From Spironucleus salmonicida (Eukaryota): 64,000 bases of DNA. Positions 51,522 to 64,000 of the stretch are shown in pieces. Under the pieces are notes generated by a model that saw only the letters and a list, made by a program, of their open reading frames with translations, made no database searches and had not been told where the DNA came from. The stretch's first letter is position 1. Every line of letters starts with the position of its first letter. The stretch lies in contig NC_090600.1 of the NCBI RefSeq assembly GCF_000497125.1, positions 434,001 through 498,000 on the forward strand, given 5' to 3'. The position numbers were made by a program, and so were the translations under genes.

Positions 51522-54146
51522 ATGCCCCCGCGGTCGACTTCGTCCCGCCGGAACCTGAAGGGCTCGTCGTTCCTGCTCTAGAACGAGGAGATCCTGAACG
51601 AAATCCGCCAGCCGCTGACCCCGCCGGCCGTGCACCCCCACAACCTGGGGCAAGAGCTGGAGGCGATCCGCTCGCACCAGCGCGCCCATGACGACCTACT
51701 CCGGGACCTCACGCACCAGATCGCGCAGACCAACGTGACGGTGTTCCGCCAGAAGGTGGCGGAGAACTTCACCAACCTCAAGGAGGGCTTCACGCTGATC
51801 TAGAAGGAGCGGCGCGTCGAGAAGGAGTCGCTGAGCCAGCACAAGAAGGACACCGGGCGGCAGATCAAGGAGTTCCAGGGGGACTTCCTGGAGTTCGCGC
51901 AGATCCTGAAGCGCTTCGAGGGCCGGCTGCAGGACATGCAGGCCCAGGCGCTGCGGCGCGAGCTCAAGCAGCAGAGCCAGATCGCGGTGCTCAAACAGGT
52001 GTTGAAACGCTCTGGCGTGTACAACCATTTCCTGATGGGGGAACACGGCGCGCCGGCGGCGGTGCAGAGCAAGGCCGCGGCTGCCCTCCAACACGGCAGC
52101 TCCCCCGCGGAGATCGAGGCCCTGCTGCAGAAGCAGGCGGCGCTGTTCGACCAGAAGCTGCAGCAGCTGGACGAGAAGCTGGTGCAGAACGAGCAGATCA
52201 CCCACTAGCTCATCGAGCAGCGCACGACCCTGCACACCCAGCAGACGGCACAGATTTCAGAGCGCACGGCCCTGCGGCTGGACCACTTCGAGGAGGACCT
52301 GCAGCGCAGCGAGCGAGGCCTGCAGCAGGTGCGGGACGACTGGCTGGCCAAGGTGGACGCTGTGCAGGCGCAGCAGCGCTTCCTGCAGGAGACCCAGGGC
52401 CAGGTGAACCTGAACGTGGAGGCAGAATCCCAGCGCTTCGCCGCATTCATGTCCTCGGCACGGCTGCATGCAGAGCAGACGACGCACGACCTGAAGGCGG
52501 TGAAGGAGCGCGTGGCCCTGGTGCAGACGCAGAAGGAGGAGGCGGAGTGCCACTTCCAGCAGTTTAAGATGGAGTACCAGCAGTTCATCCAGCAGAGCAA
52601 GATCCAGTCATACTACGTCCGTGTGGACGACATCAGCGACAACCAGGAGAAGATTCTGCTCAAACTAGAGTCCCAGGAGGCCGTCAGCACCATGCTGGGT
52701 GACAAGTATAAGGAGTGCTTCGATGAGATCCAGAGCGTGCTGATGTCCACTAAGCAGAGCAACTTTGAGGCAAGCCAGATCGTCTCGCGCCAGGTGCAGC
52801 AGTACCAGGAGATGAGGCTGCGGCTGGCGGACCACATCGAGCGGGTGAACGTGCAAAGCATGAACGACCTGATCCAGAAGAAAGTGGAGCTCGACACCAT
52901 ATAGTTCCAGGGGACACTCAACAAGCTCGCGGGGCACCTCCGGGATCTAGATGAGCGCCTCACGGGGTAGGAGACCATGATAGTGCACGGACAGAACCAC
53001 ACCGCGGAGCTCATCCAGACGATCGTCAACCAGCCGACGAGCCTGGAAGAGCTGGAGGACTACCACGCGGTCCCAATGGACGACTTCAGCCAGATAGAGC
53101 CCATGCGGCAGGTAGGAAAGCCAAAGGCAGGCAAGAAGGTCAAACTGGATTCGAACCGCCAGCTGATGCTCCAGCAGCAGCTGTTCCGCAAAACCAAGGA
53201 CGAGGTGCAACTCATCCTCGACGAGGTCTCCAAGCTAAAGGTCAGGCTCAGCAAGGCGGGTGAGCGCCACGACAAGTTTGCCGAGCGCACTAACACCACT
53301 CTGTAGGAGCTGACGGACCAAACGCGCCAGAGTCTGCAGAAGGCCGACCAGCTTAGCATCGTCGACGACTAGGCGGAGGAGCAGCTCAATCTGGTGAAGG
53401 CCAGCATCAATACTTTCCAACAAAGCTTCCGGCAAGAGTTATAGTCCCTAAACTAGGTGCAGACCAAGTTTCGCGTCATAGAGACGTCACAGAGAGAAAT
53501 TATAGAGCGGTTTAGCGACTTTACTGGGAAGCTTGTCGACCAGGAACGCCTATTCCAGCTGAAGCAAGAGGAAGCAATGATATAGTCTACGAATCAGCTT
53601 TAAACTATAGGGGATGCGTCAGACACGCACACCGCGCAGCTTGAAACGATTGGGTCTAAGCTAACGAAGTATTCCGAGATTACAGAGAACCTGTTCCTCC
53701 ACAAATCTAACTTCACGCAAACTATCGACAAGGTGGTAAGTAAGTAAGACCACCTCGAAGAAGAGCAGATCAGCATCCGGCACTCAATTTCCAGCCTTAT
53801 TGACTCTACGACGAAACTGCGACTCGAGGCCACCTGCGACTAGGGAAAGGTGGAGAACGTAAGTCAAGAAATAGCTATAATGCGTGGTAACGGGGAGAAA
53901 TAAAAGCAGTTTATTTATCGGTTACAGGATGAAACTGTAACACAGGAGCGGAAACTAGGTGTGTTGAGGTGTGGTTTGGCAGAGATGTAACATTCGTTAG
54001 ATAAATTTAGTTCCTAGTTTAAATAAGAATAGGTACTACAAGAAACAATTGCGATTGCAGATAATATAACAGACGTACAAAGTCTGGCGCTTTAGGACCT
54101 CCGGAGTCAATTTAAGGGGGTAAAGGAGTCAATCTACGGGCAGTGA
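51522..54146 (+). CDS. coiled-coil protein (874 aa), IR2 left copy
   Basis: Track ORFs 51936, 52329 and 52977 join in frame under code 6; Q/E/L/K-rich; ends in CAGTGA. Confidence 0.85.
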
Positions 54147-54180
54147 CTGATTGTACTAGATAAACTCACTAAATTACACC

Positions 54181-55689
54181 TCATACGTCCTCATGGTCCG
54201 AGTTACACTCGATTCGCTAAAGCTATCGATCCATGATGATGGTATTTCCTGGTAGGTGGGTTACTATCTCCTCCCCATCACTACTACTACCGGTAAATCC
54301 TGTATTTTTTGCCATCTTCATTGTCTGCAAGCTAACCAGGTTAACTTGTATCTCACGCGGGTAGTCCACCGAGCTGATGTACTCGCGCGATTAGACTGAG
54401 CGAAGTTTATTTGCTACATCTTGTTATTCAATTATTGTTGTTTTATTATTAGGAATCTATGCGAAAGTACTATTTTTCCTTAAAACTGTAGATTAATCTT
54501 TGTTCACTGATATTTCTGTTTCTTGTTAGTGTTCACATTTATAAATTTCAATTCTTTAAGGCTTCTTTTTGTATGCTATGATAAATACAATAATTAAAAT
54601 AATGATAATTAAAATAAATACTACTAAAAAAGTAATTCCACTAATAATTCCTATACTCAGAGTTTCCTTACAAAGTGACTCTTCTTTTAAAATTAATATA
54701 TTGTTCAATAGTTCTTTTGAAGATAAAACTATGCAAATACATTTTGTATCGCATTTATTTGAGTTAACTTTTACAATATCATTAATTAAAATAAAATCTT
54801 TAAACCTTGGAAAATTATTGTCGTAAAATTAATATAGGATTAAATCAAAATCATGATAATTTTATTGTTATTTTAGCTATTAATCATTTAAAATCAGAAA
54901 TTACTAATTATTTTATATATTGGTATTACTAATAAGCCCAGTTAATACAGATTTATAAGTTGGAAGCTGTAAAAGTTAAAATTATAACTATGTACTTATC
55001 CTAATATTAACAAAATCTAAACCTTACGTGCCTATTACCACATTAACTTAGCTGAGAATAATCGTCTAAATGTAACTTTCTTTAATATTTCCAACGATTT
55101 ATCCTAATAAATTTATTTAATTTTTACTTTAAACAGTATTTTGCATAGCCAATTAATAAATATTAATATTCCCCGTTTAGGATAAACCTAAGAAATAATT
55201 CGCATCTGACTATAAACTAATATATAATTTAGTAATATTTCCATTAAAAACTTCTGCAGATAATAAAGAAAATTAATTTTCCGCAAAAATATTACCGCCT
55301 ATTTGGACAAATGTTAGTTAACATTCTTAACAAATCTAAGTTAGGCTTAACGATGCTGCATTAGTCCTACCAATATATATAACAATAATATTTTTTAAAA
55401 TTAATTTTTTGGCATTTGCACAATAAACAAATGTGGAGAATGCTTTTGAATTTTATAACTAAATTCTAAATATACCATTCTATATCGTTAAATCTTCGCA
55501 ATAAGTAAAAAATCCCAAATTTTTCGCATTAATGTCAGACTAAGTAAATACAGTGTTATTATTTAAATCTAGAATCCCCGATGAAACAGATTTTAATGGT
55601 TCTGAAAGAGTTTCATTTATACTAGAGGTCAATATATTTTCCTTATTAGTCTCAAAACTATAGATTGAAGTAATAACTGCAATTTACAT
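54181..55689 (-). CDS. type-I membrane protein (502 aa) crossing the IR2 inner boundary
   Basis: In-frame ATG and TGA; TM IGIISGITFLVVFILIIIILIIVFIIAY followed by KKK; the last ~72 codons lie in the arm. Confidence 0.7.
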
Positions 55690-55764
55690 TTTTAGATATA
55701 GTAACTTATATTGAATATTATACAGATAAATAAATTCTAAAAATAAAATTGAAAATATTCTTCA

Positions 55765-56145
55765 TCACATATCAGCTGCACGATGAGCATTATCTGAGCT
55801 TTCATCACCTTCCTCATCATCAGAATCATCGTCGTCATATTAATCATATTAAGAAGCAGACTCTGATTCATCGTCATAATAATAAACTTCCTCATATTCA
55901 TAAACTTCTTCCATTTGCTCTTTAATTGCTATGTCTTTATCGACAGCTTTCATTTTAAGGTCATCACCTTCGTTTAAAAAGTCATCATTTTTAACTTCAG
56001 TTCCATCTTCCTTAAAAAGTCTTTAACGAATCCAGGAAACTTTAAAATGCTTGGCGATAACTTTTTTAGCAGATTCAACTTAATTTTTGTTATCAGCAAG
56101 ATCGATTTCCTTAGTAATATCATCTAAAGTAACATAAACTTTCAT
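55765..56145 (-). CDS. ubiquitin-like domain with acidic tail (126 aa)
   Basis: MKVYVTLDDITKEIDL...QRLFKEDGTEV...LNEGDDLKM followed by a D/E/Y-rich tail. Confidence 0.65.
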
Positions 56146-56439
56146 TTTATTAAATAGGTGGAAGGGAAATATTAAAGTGGATGAAATAACATATAATATT
56201 ATATTTCATATTTTATATAAAATAATCAAATCTTAACATTAGTTATTAATAAACGTTGAATATGCAAGATCTATCTCCCTTTCACAATATATTTAATATT
56301 AAACGACTAATATTTAGTAAATACACTGATCAACTTAGTGTGTAGAATATAAGACTATTTTCTATTAGATTGAATTGTGAAATTCTTACTAAGACTTTAT
56401 ATGAGTCTAAACATGAATAGAAATAAATAGTAAATAAAA

Positions 56440-56769
56440 TCAACCCGAATAATCTTCTGCTGACTTTTCATCATAGGCGGAACCACTTTCATAAGCACCA
56501 CTTTCTTCATATTCATATTCAGCTTCATATTACTCTTCATCTTTCTCTTCTTTTGTAGCCTTAGAATCTTTAACTTCTTTTATTGTAAGCTTCATACCTT
56601 CAGTAACTTCGGCTTTAAGATCTAATACTTTTTCATCATTTAAAATTTCAATTTTAGAATCTAATTTAAATGCTTTAGCAAGAATTGGAGCTAATTGTTA
56701 CACAGTTTTCTTATTATCAGGTACTTCAGTATCCTTAGTAGTTGCTTCAAAAGAAATAGTAAGTTTCAT
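56440..56769 (-). CDS. ubiquitin-like domain with acidic tail (109 aa), paralog of 55765-56145
   Basis: MKLTISFEATTKDTEVPDNKKTV...VTEGMKLTI followed by an E/Y-rich tail. Confidence 0.65.
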
Positions 56770-57181
56770 TTTTTGATTTAAAGTGGAAATAAAGTGTAAG
56801 ATTATCAGAACTTATATATCATATATTTTTTATCTTATAAAAATCTATTCATATTTCACTAGTTTTATTTTTGATAAACATTATCTAGGATGCAAGATAT
56901 CTAATCCGTTATATTTAACTACAATATTATGCATTTATCGATATTTGAACATAAGATAAAATAATAATACAACTATTTTGACTAAAATAATGAAATCGTT
57001 AAAACCATTTCACTTTCATAACTTTAAATTATAATATTATAAAATAGAATTATAATTTAACCATTTTAGTATAAATTGTGGTTTGTATAAAATTAGTAAT
57101 TTTATTTAAATATATTTCATATAGTATAATAACTAATTTTAAATTTCTCTTTATTAAACTCTCTTTATAACCATTCCACCA

Positions 57182-57781
57182 ATGCATTACTCTTATTGCT
57201 CTTACTTCAAAAATATGTGCTCTAGACTGATTTATAGCTTGATTATAGCTATTTTTATCACAGTAATTGCAATATTTACGGCTGATATTTTATAAGTAAC
57301 AATGAGCTTTTCTAAGTTTGTTTATCATGAAGAAGAAAAAAGTACTACATTTACTAGTATTGGCGAACCAATTAAGATTGAATCTACTTATTTTAAGTTC
57401 GAGCTACCTGGAATTGCCCAAATTGCAACAAGAACTGATGGTTAAAAATGTCTTTCTTTTAATATCAAAAATAAAGCTACCACGACAAATATAGGTACTA
57501 AATACCATGAGTCTCTGTTTAACATAGTAATATCCGATCAATAATAAGTAACCTGTATAGACTCCACTTCATATGACAATTTAGCCAATGGATTTTTATA
57601 TCATAATATGGATTTAATGGTAGCTATTTTAGTAATTGCTGTCTTATTATTCCTAGTTATTCTCACTATTTGTATTTGGTGTTGTTGCGATGGATTCTGT
57701 GGATGCAGATGTTGTAACTTATTTACAATGTGTTGTGATGCAGATAGGCAGGAAAATAATGTTAGCTATATTTAAGTATGA
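57182..57781 (+). CDS. two-TM protein with Cys-rich juxtamembrane tail (199 aa)
   Basis: CCATTCCACC before the ATG; second TM followed by ICIWCCCDGFCGCRCC. Confidence 0.7.
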
Positions 57782-58211
57782 GTGATTGTTGTTATATATT
57801 TTTCTTTAAAATTGATTAGTATATATTAATGTATGTATTTATGCTATGAATGATTGAATAGATTGATTTTACATTAATTCTTGACATAATATTTTTATCA
57901 TTAAACCCTTGAAATTATCACAATTTGTAGTTTATAAATAATATACTACTATCTGTGTTTAGTCTAATCGCGCGAGTACATCAGCTCGGTGGACTACCCG
58001 CGTGAGATACAAGTTAACCTGGTTAGCTTGCAGACAATGAAGATGGCAAAAAATACAGGATTTACCGGTAGTAGTAGTGATGGGGAGGAGATAGTAACCC
58101 ACCTACCAGGAAATACCATCATCATGGATCGATAGCTTTAGCGAATCGAGTGTAACTCGGACCATGAGGACGTATGAGGTGTAATTTAGTGAGTTTATCT
58201 AGTACAATCAG

Positions 58212-60836
58212 TCACTGCCCGTAGATTGACTCCTTTACCCCCTTAAATTGACTCCGGAGGTCCTAAAGCGCCAGACTTTGTACGTCTGTTATATTATCTG
58301 CAATCGCAATTGTTTCTTGTAGTACCTATTCTTATTTAAACTAGGAACTAAATTTATCTAACGAATGTTACATCTCTGCCAAACCACACCTCAACACACC
58401 TAGTTTCCGCTCCTGTGTTACAGTTTCATCCTGTAACCGATAAATAAACTGCTTTTATTTCTCCCCGTTACCACGCATTATAGCTATTTCTTGACTTACG
58501 TTCTCCACCTTTCCCTAGTCGCAGGTGGCCTCGAGTCGCAGTTTCGTCGTAGAGTCAATAAGGCTGGAAATTGAGTGCCGGATGCTGATCTGCTCTTCTT
58601 CGAGGTGGTCTTACTTACTTACCACCTTGTCGATAGTTTGCGTGAAGTTAGATTTGTGGAGGAACAGGTTCTCTGTAATCTCGGAATACTTCGTTAGCTT
58701 AGACCCAATCGTTTCAAGCTGCGCGGTGTGCGTGTCTGACGCATCCCCTATAGTTTAAAGCTGATTCGTAGACTATATCATTGCTTCCTCTTGCTTCAGC
58801 TGGAATAGGCGTTCCTGGTCGACAAGCTTCCCAGTAAAGTCGCTAAACCGCTCTATAATTTCTCTCTGTGACGTCTCTATGACGCGAAACTTGGTCTGCA
58901 CCTAGTTTAGGGACTATAACTCTTGCCGGAAGCTTTGTTGGAAAGTATTGATGCTGGCCTTCACCAGATTGAGCTGCTCCTCCGCCTAGTCGTCGACGAT
59001 GCTAAGCTGGTCGGCCTTCTGCAGACTCTGGCGCGTTTGGTCCGTCAGCTCCTACAGAGTGGTGTTAGTGCGCTCGGCAAACTTGTCGTGGCGCTCACCC
59101 GCCTTGCTGAGCCTGACCTTTAGCTTGGAGACCTCGTCGAGGATGAGTTGCACCTCGTCCTTGGTTTTGCGGAACAGCTGCTGCTGGAGCATCAGCTGGC
59201 GGTTCGAATCCAGTTTGACCTTCTTGCCTGCCTTTGGCTTTCCTACCTGCCGCATGGGCTCTATCTGGCTGAAGTCGTCCATTGGGACCGCGTGGTAGTC
59301 CTCCAGCTCTTCCAGGCTCGTCGGCTGGTTGACGATCGTCTGGATGAGCTCCGCGGTGTGGTTCTGTCCGTGCACTATCATGGTCTCCTACCCCGTGAGG
59401 CGCTCATCTAGATCCCGGAGGTGCCCCGCGAGCTTGTTGAGTGTCCCCTGGAACTATATGGTGTCGAGCTCCACTTTCTTCTGGATCAGGTCGTTCATGC
59501 TTTGCACGTTCACCCGCTCGATGTGGTCCGCCAGCCGCAGCCTCATCTCCTGGTACTGCTGCACCTGGCGCGAGACGATCTGGCTTGCCTCAAAGTTGCT
59601 CTGCTTAGTGGACATCAGCACGCTCTGGATCTCATCGAAGCACTCCTTATACTTGTCACCCAGCATGGTGCTGACGGCCTCCTGGGACTCTAGTTTGAGC
59701 AGAATCTTCTCCTGGTTGTCGCTGATGTCGTCCACACGGACGTAGTATGACTGGATCTTGCTCTGCTGGATGAACTGCTGGTACTCCATCTTAAACTGCT
59801 GGAAGTGGCACTCCGCCTCCTCCTTCTGCGTCTGCACCAGGGCCACGCGCTCCTTCACCGCCTTCAGGTCGTGCGTCGTCTGCTCTGCATGCAGCCGTGC
59901 CGAGGACATGAATGCGGCGAAGCGCTGGGATTCTGCCTCCACGTTCAGGTTCACCTGGCCCTGGGTCTCCTGCAGGAAGCGCTGCTGCGCCTGCACAGCG
60001 TCCACCTTGGCCAGCCAGTCGTCCCGCACCTGCTGCAGGCCTCGCTCGCTGCGCTGCAGGTCCTCCTCGAAGTGGTCCAGCCGCAGGGCCGTGCGCTCTG
60101 AAATCTGTGCCGTCTGCTGGGTGTGCAGGGTCGTGCGCTGCTCGATGAGCTAGTGGGTGATCTGCTCGTTCTGCACCAGCTTCTCGTCCAGCTGCTGCAG
60201 CTTCTGGTCGAACAGCGCCGCCTGCTTCTGCAGCAGGGCCTCGATCTCCGCGGGGGAGCTGCCGTGTTGGAGGGCAGCCGCGGCCTTGCTCTGCACCGCC
60301 GCCGGCGCGCCGTGTTCCCCCATCAGGAAATGGTTGTACACGCCAGAGCGTTTCAACACCTGTTTGAGCACCGCGATCTGGCTCTGCTGCTTGAGCTCGC
60401 GCCGCAGCGCCTGGGCCTGCATGTCCTGCAGCCGGCCCTCGAAGCGCTTCAGGATCTGCGCGAACTCCAGGAAGTCCCCCTGGAACTCCTTGATCTGCCG
60501 CCCGGTGTCCTTCTTGTGCTGGCTCAGCGACTCCTTCTCGACGCGCCGCTCCTTCTAGATCAGCGTGAAGCCCTCCTTGAGGTTGGTGAAGTTCTCCGCC
60601 ACCTTCTGGCGGAACACCGTCACGTTGGTCTGCGCGATCTGGTGCGTGAGGTCCCGGAGTAGGTCGTCATGGGCGCGCTGGTGCGAGCGGATCGCCTCCA
60701 GCTCTTGCCCCAGGTTGTGGGGGTGCACGGCCGGCGGGGTCAGCGGCTGGCGGATTTCGTTCAGGATCTCCTCGTTCTAGAGCAGGAACGACGAGCCCTT
60801 CAGGTTCCGGCGGGACGAAGTCGACCGCGGGGGCAT
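58212..60836 (-). CDS. coiled-coil protein (874 aa), IR2 right copy
   Basis: Mirror of 51522-54146. Confidence 0.85.
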
Positions 60837-61205
60837 TTAATTTTTGCCGAATTGGCTATATTATCACATACTAATGCGGCAGGTGGCAATGGCGCCTGCT
60901 GGACTTCGGGCAGCGGCGCCCCCGACGCAGCCCGTTCGGTCATCCCCGCATGGTGGGAGGTGGGCACGATACCAGCGCACCAGGTGCAGTCGCGCGCCAG
61001 CTGTGTGGCCAGCCCGGAATTTGGCAGGGTATGTCACTCCCTGGCCGCTCGTTTCTTCCAGTGCACCCGCCAGAGCGTACTACGCGGCTTGCTCTGCAGG
61101 TATGGCATCCCAGCGGGGCTGGGGGGCAGCTGCGCTCATCCGCCCGGTCCCAGAGATGTGTGCCACTGCAACCAAGCCCACGCGGTGCCCCTGCGAACCC
61201 CAGAA

Positions 61206-61532
61206 ATGGACAGGCCCTGCTACGAGGTGTTCCGGCTCAGCGACGACCGCATCACGGTGCTGAAGTCCCGCGGGCTGCGCTTCGGCCACGACCTCCTGGT
61301 CAGCCTCTTCTCTGCACCGCGGCCGTAGGTCATCGCCACGAGGCTGGCCCTCAATGGCGTGGAGTTTGACGTGCTGGTGGTCGAGCCTGGCTACCTCCAG
61401 GGCCGCGCAGGGGACCTAGGCTTCGCCGCCACGCAGCGGGGGGAGTGCTTCAAGATCATCGTCTTCCGGTTCCCCATCCAGGTGGCCGAGGCCTTCGCGG
61501 TGCTGGAGGGCATTTCAATCCCGTCTGTCTGA
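61206..61532 (+). CDS. profilin-like protein (108 aa), IR2 right copy
   Basis: Mirror of 50826-51152; CAG changed to TAG (Gln) at 61326. Confidence 0.55.
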
Positions 61533-61857
61533 ACCCAGCACCCAGAATTATTAGCAGCCGAACCCGTGCGCAGTAGGTTTGCCTTGGAACACGCGCAGGC
61601 TTTATGGCACCCGCAGCTATCGGCCTGCGCGGATGCAGCGAAGTTACCACAAGTAAGCGCAATTGGGAATACACCCCAGGTACCTAGCATGTTCGTTAGG
61701 CCGCTTCGTGGGGCTTCACCACATCAGAGAGATTAGCTTTTTACCTTTATTTATAAATAACTTATATAATATATAATCAACTTCTATATTAATGATTTGT
61801 CTATAATTTTATTATTATAATACAATTACCACTATAATTACCAAAAATTGTAACTCC

Positions 61858-64000
61858 TCAGTCAACAACCGCAACCTGGCTGCCGTTGTGCCCTTCTAAT
61901 AAGCCTCCATCAGGTAATTTAGCCCTTACGGCGGTGCTCTTACGCCGCCTGATCAGAATCACAACCAGTGTGACCAGCAGCAAGACGGCCAGTATGGCGA
62001 TAACGATGCCAGCGATTCCCCCCGCACCAATCTGCGCAGTTTGCACTGAACACTTTCCCTTAACGGGAATCGAGCCGTCCGCGCAGGAAATACACTTATT
62101 TGCGCTGGTGCAGCGCCCGCACCCTTCACCGCATGACTTGCACACATTCTAGGACAAGAAAAGCCCAAACTTGCAGTCTGTGCAATTTGTCAAGGGATCC
62201 AAGCTTTTGTAGCAGATTTCGCACTAATTTTCATTCCCCATAACGCAGGTTTGGCAGTCCTTGACCTTGCATATTTAGGCTATTTCGCAGGACCCAGCGG
62301 CCGTCAAATCGTAATCTTGGGCGCACCCCTGGCAGCGGTTTGGGTTGTTCCAGACGCAGGTGAGGCAGTTCTCCACTACGCAGCTTTGCTTGAGTTCGCA
62401 GTGTTTATAGCTGGTGAGCTAGTAGTTTGGAGCGCAAACTTTGCACTTTTTGGCGTCGCCCTAAACGCAGGTTTGGCAATTTTAGACTTCGCAGGTTTCC
62501 AGATTCTCGCAGTTCCGGCCGTTGTATCCGGGCTTGCACTCGCAGGTGCTGTTGCCAGACGTGGTTTTGCAGGCCCCGTTGCCGCCGCACGGCACGGAAA
62601 ACTCGCATGAAACGCTCTGGCAGAACGTACCGTTGAACTGCTTCATGCCGGCGCCGCAGTCGGTCTCGCAGGTCACGCCGGTGAAACTCGCCGTGCAGGC
62701 GTCGCAGGTGATGTCCGTGAACTGGTCGGCCTGGGTGCAGGTGCGGCAGTTTGGAATAGCGGCAGTGCAGCCGACGCAGTTCGCGTTTTTGAGGAATGGG
62801 AAATCGGAGTCGATTTTGCATTTGGTGCAAGCTGTGGGGGCCTCCATTTCGCAGCCGCCGCAGTTGTTCGTGCAGCACTCGGTCTGGTTGTGGTTTATGG
62901 TGGTGCCGGCAGCGCAAATCGCGCAGGCAGCTGGGCTCGTGTTCGTGCAGATCACGCATTTTTCGATCTTGTATTTTCCGTTGCAGGTCTTTCCAGAGCC
63001 AGAATGAATCTCGCAGTTGGGGCCTGTTGAGTCAGACTTGCAGGTACATTTCAGACCAGTTCCGGATGCAGTGCATTGGGATTATCCGGAGCACGGGTGG
63101 GGTGTCGTGCAGGAAAATGGTTGGCAGCCCACGTTATTGTACGGAACGGTATCTAATTTGCATTCAATTTCACAGCTTTGCCCGGTAAAATGAGGTAGGC
63201 ATTTGTTGCAGCTGAGGGGGCTGGTGAAAGCGCATTTATCGCAGTTGGGGAACTTCGTCTAGCAATTTGTGCAGGTGGAGCCTTCAACTACATCAAAGTT
63301 ATAGCATGATAGGCATGTGGTCTTATCCTCTTGGCAGGTTTTGCAGGGTGCGGCGCAATTGTTCTCGCAGTTAGGACCGCTAAAGTTTTCGTTGCAAACA
63401 CATTTTTTGCCAATAGTCGAGTCTTCTTAACAGACTCCATTGCTGTTACAGCCAGATGCGCATGAAGTTGGTTGGCAATGTTCCTGTTCGTATTGCTCAT
63501 AACCATTATCGCATTACTTATCGCACTATTCGCCAGTATATCCATGTTTACATGTACCGCACGTGAAATTACCAGTTGAACCTTAGCACAAACTTTAACA
63601 ATTAGGAATGGACTCCTGGCAAGTTAAGGCTGCACACATATTTCCCTGAATCTTGTAGTCGTTTATGCATTCTTAGCATGTATTGCTATCATGGAGTTAA
63701 CACAATTTACAATTTTACACAGAGCAGGGTGGCCTAGATTCACAGTTAATGCCACCAACTCCATCCTGACACTGGCACACCATGTCGTCTTGATTACGGA
63801 CACACTACCCTTCTCCGTTACAGGGAACATGATCATCGCAAGTAATAGGCTGACAATAGCTCTACATGAACTATTTATTTCCGGCAGGACATTGCTAAGT
63901 ACAATCCTCGCCAGTAAATGTAGCTTTGCAAGTGCTGCAAGTAACTTTATTCAGGAAGCCTATTTAAGCACAGGATTGACAATTGGGATAGACCTGTTCG
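61858..64000 (-). CDS. cysteine-rich membrane protein (CRMP/VSP-like), 5' end outside window
   Basis: CxxC and EGF-like repeats, TM GAGGIAGIVIAILAVLLLVTLVVILI followed by RRRK, TGA at 61858. Confidence 0.88.

Larger units (their letters stand above)
50624..54397. repeat. IR2 left arm (3774 bp), inverted copy of 57961-61734
   Basis: Paired coordinates sum to 112358. Mirrored ORFs; substitutions seen at 51032, 51231 and 51432. Confidence 0.97.
57961..61734. repeat. IR2 right arm (3774 bp)
   Basis: Reverse complement of 50624-54397. Confidence 0.97.

Noticed and set aside
51578-53833. Minus-strand ORFs over the coiled-coil gene, and their mirrors at 58525-60780
   Set aside because: Antisense artefacts of high GC3.
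61636-61720. GAAGTTACCAC / GTGGGGCTTC pairing resembling RNase P/MRP helix P4
   Set aside because: Other conserved regions and P1 were not identifiable; likely chance pairing in GC-rich DNA.

Overview
Eukaryotic, gene-dense, intron-poor DNA read with translation table 6 (TAA/TAG = Gln, TGA the only stop). The supplied ORF track therefore shows long genes as fragments. The code, intronless giant genes and Cys-rich surface proteins suggest a hexamitid diplomonad such as Spironucleus (inference). Main genes: a DNAAF5/HEATR2-like HEAT protein (partial), a 4276-aa dynein-2 (IFT) heavy chain, a U3 snoRNA candidate, a TOR kinase, and a 2101-aa ORF fusing a Cys-rich ectodomain to a DMT/SLC35F-like transporter. 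There are also several small membrane or hypothetical genes and a partial Cys-rich membrane protein. The main structural features are two near-perfect inverted duplications: IR1 (arms 22111-25480 and 28804-32173) and IR2 (arms 50624-54397 and 57961-61734), each around a unique spacer of about 3.3-3.6 kb. In both, a gene starts in the spacer and ends inside an arm. IR1 arms carry tRNA-Pro, an intron-containing tRNA-Tyr and a decayed piggyBac-like transposase. IR2 arms carry a coiled-coil gene and a profilin-like ORF. All homology calls come from motif recognition by eye, with no database searches.
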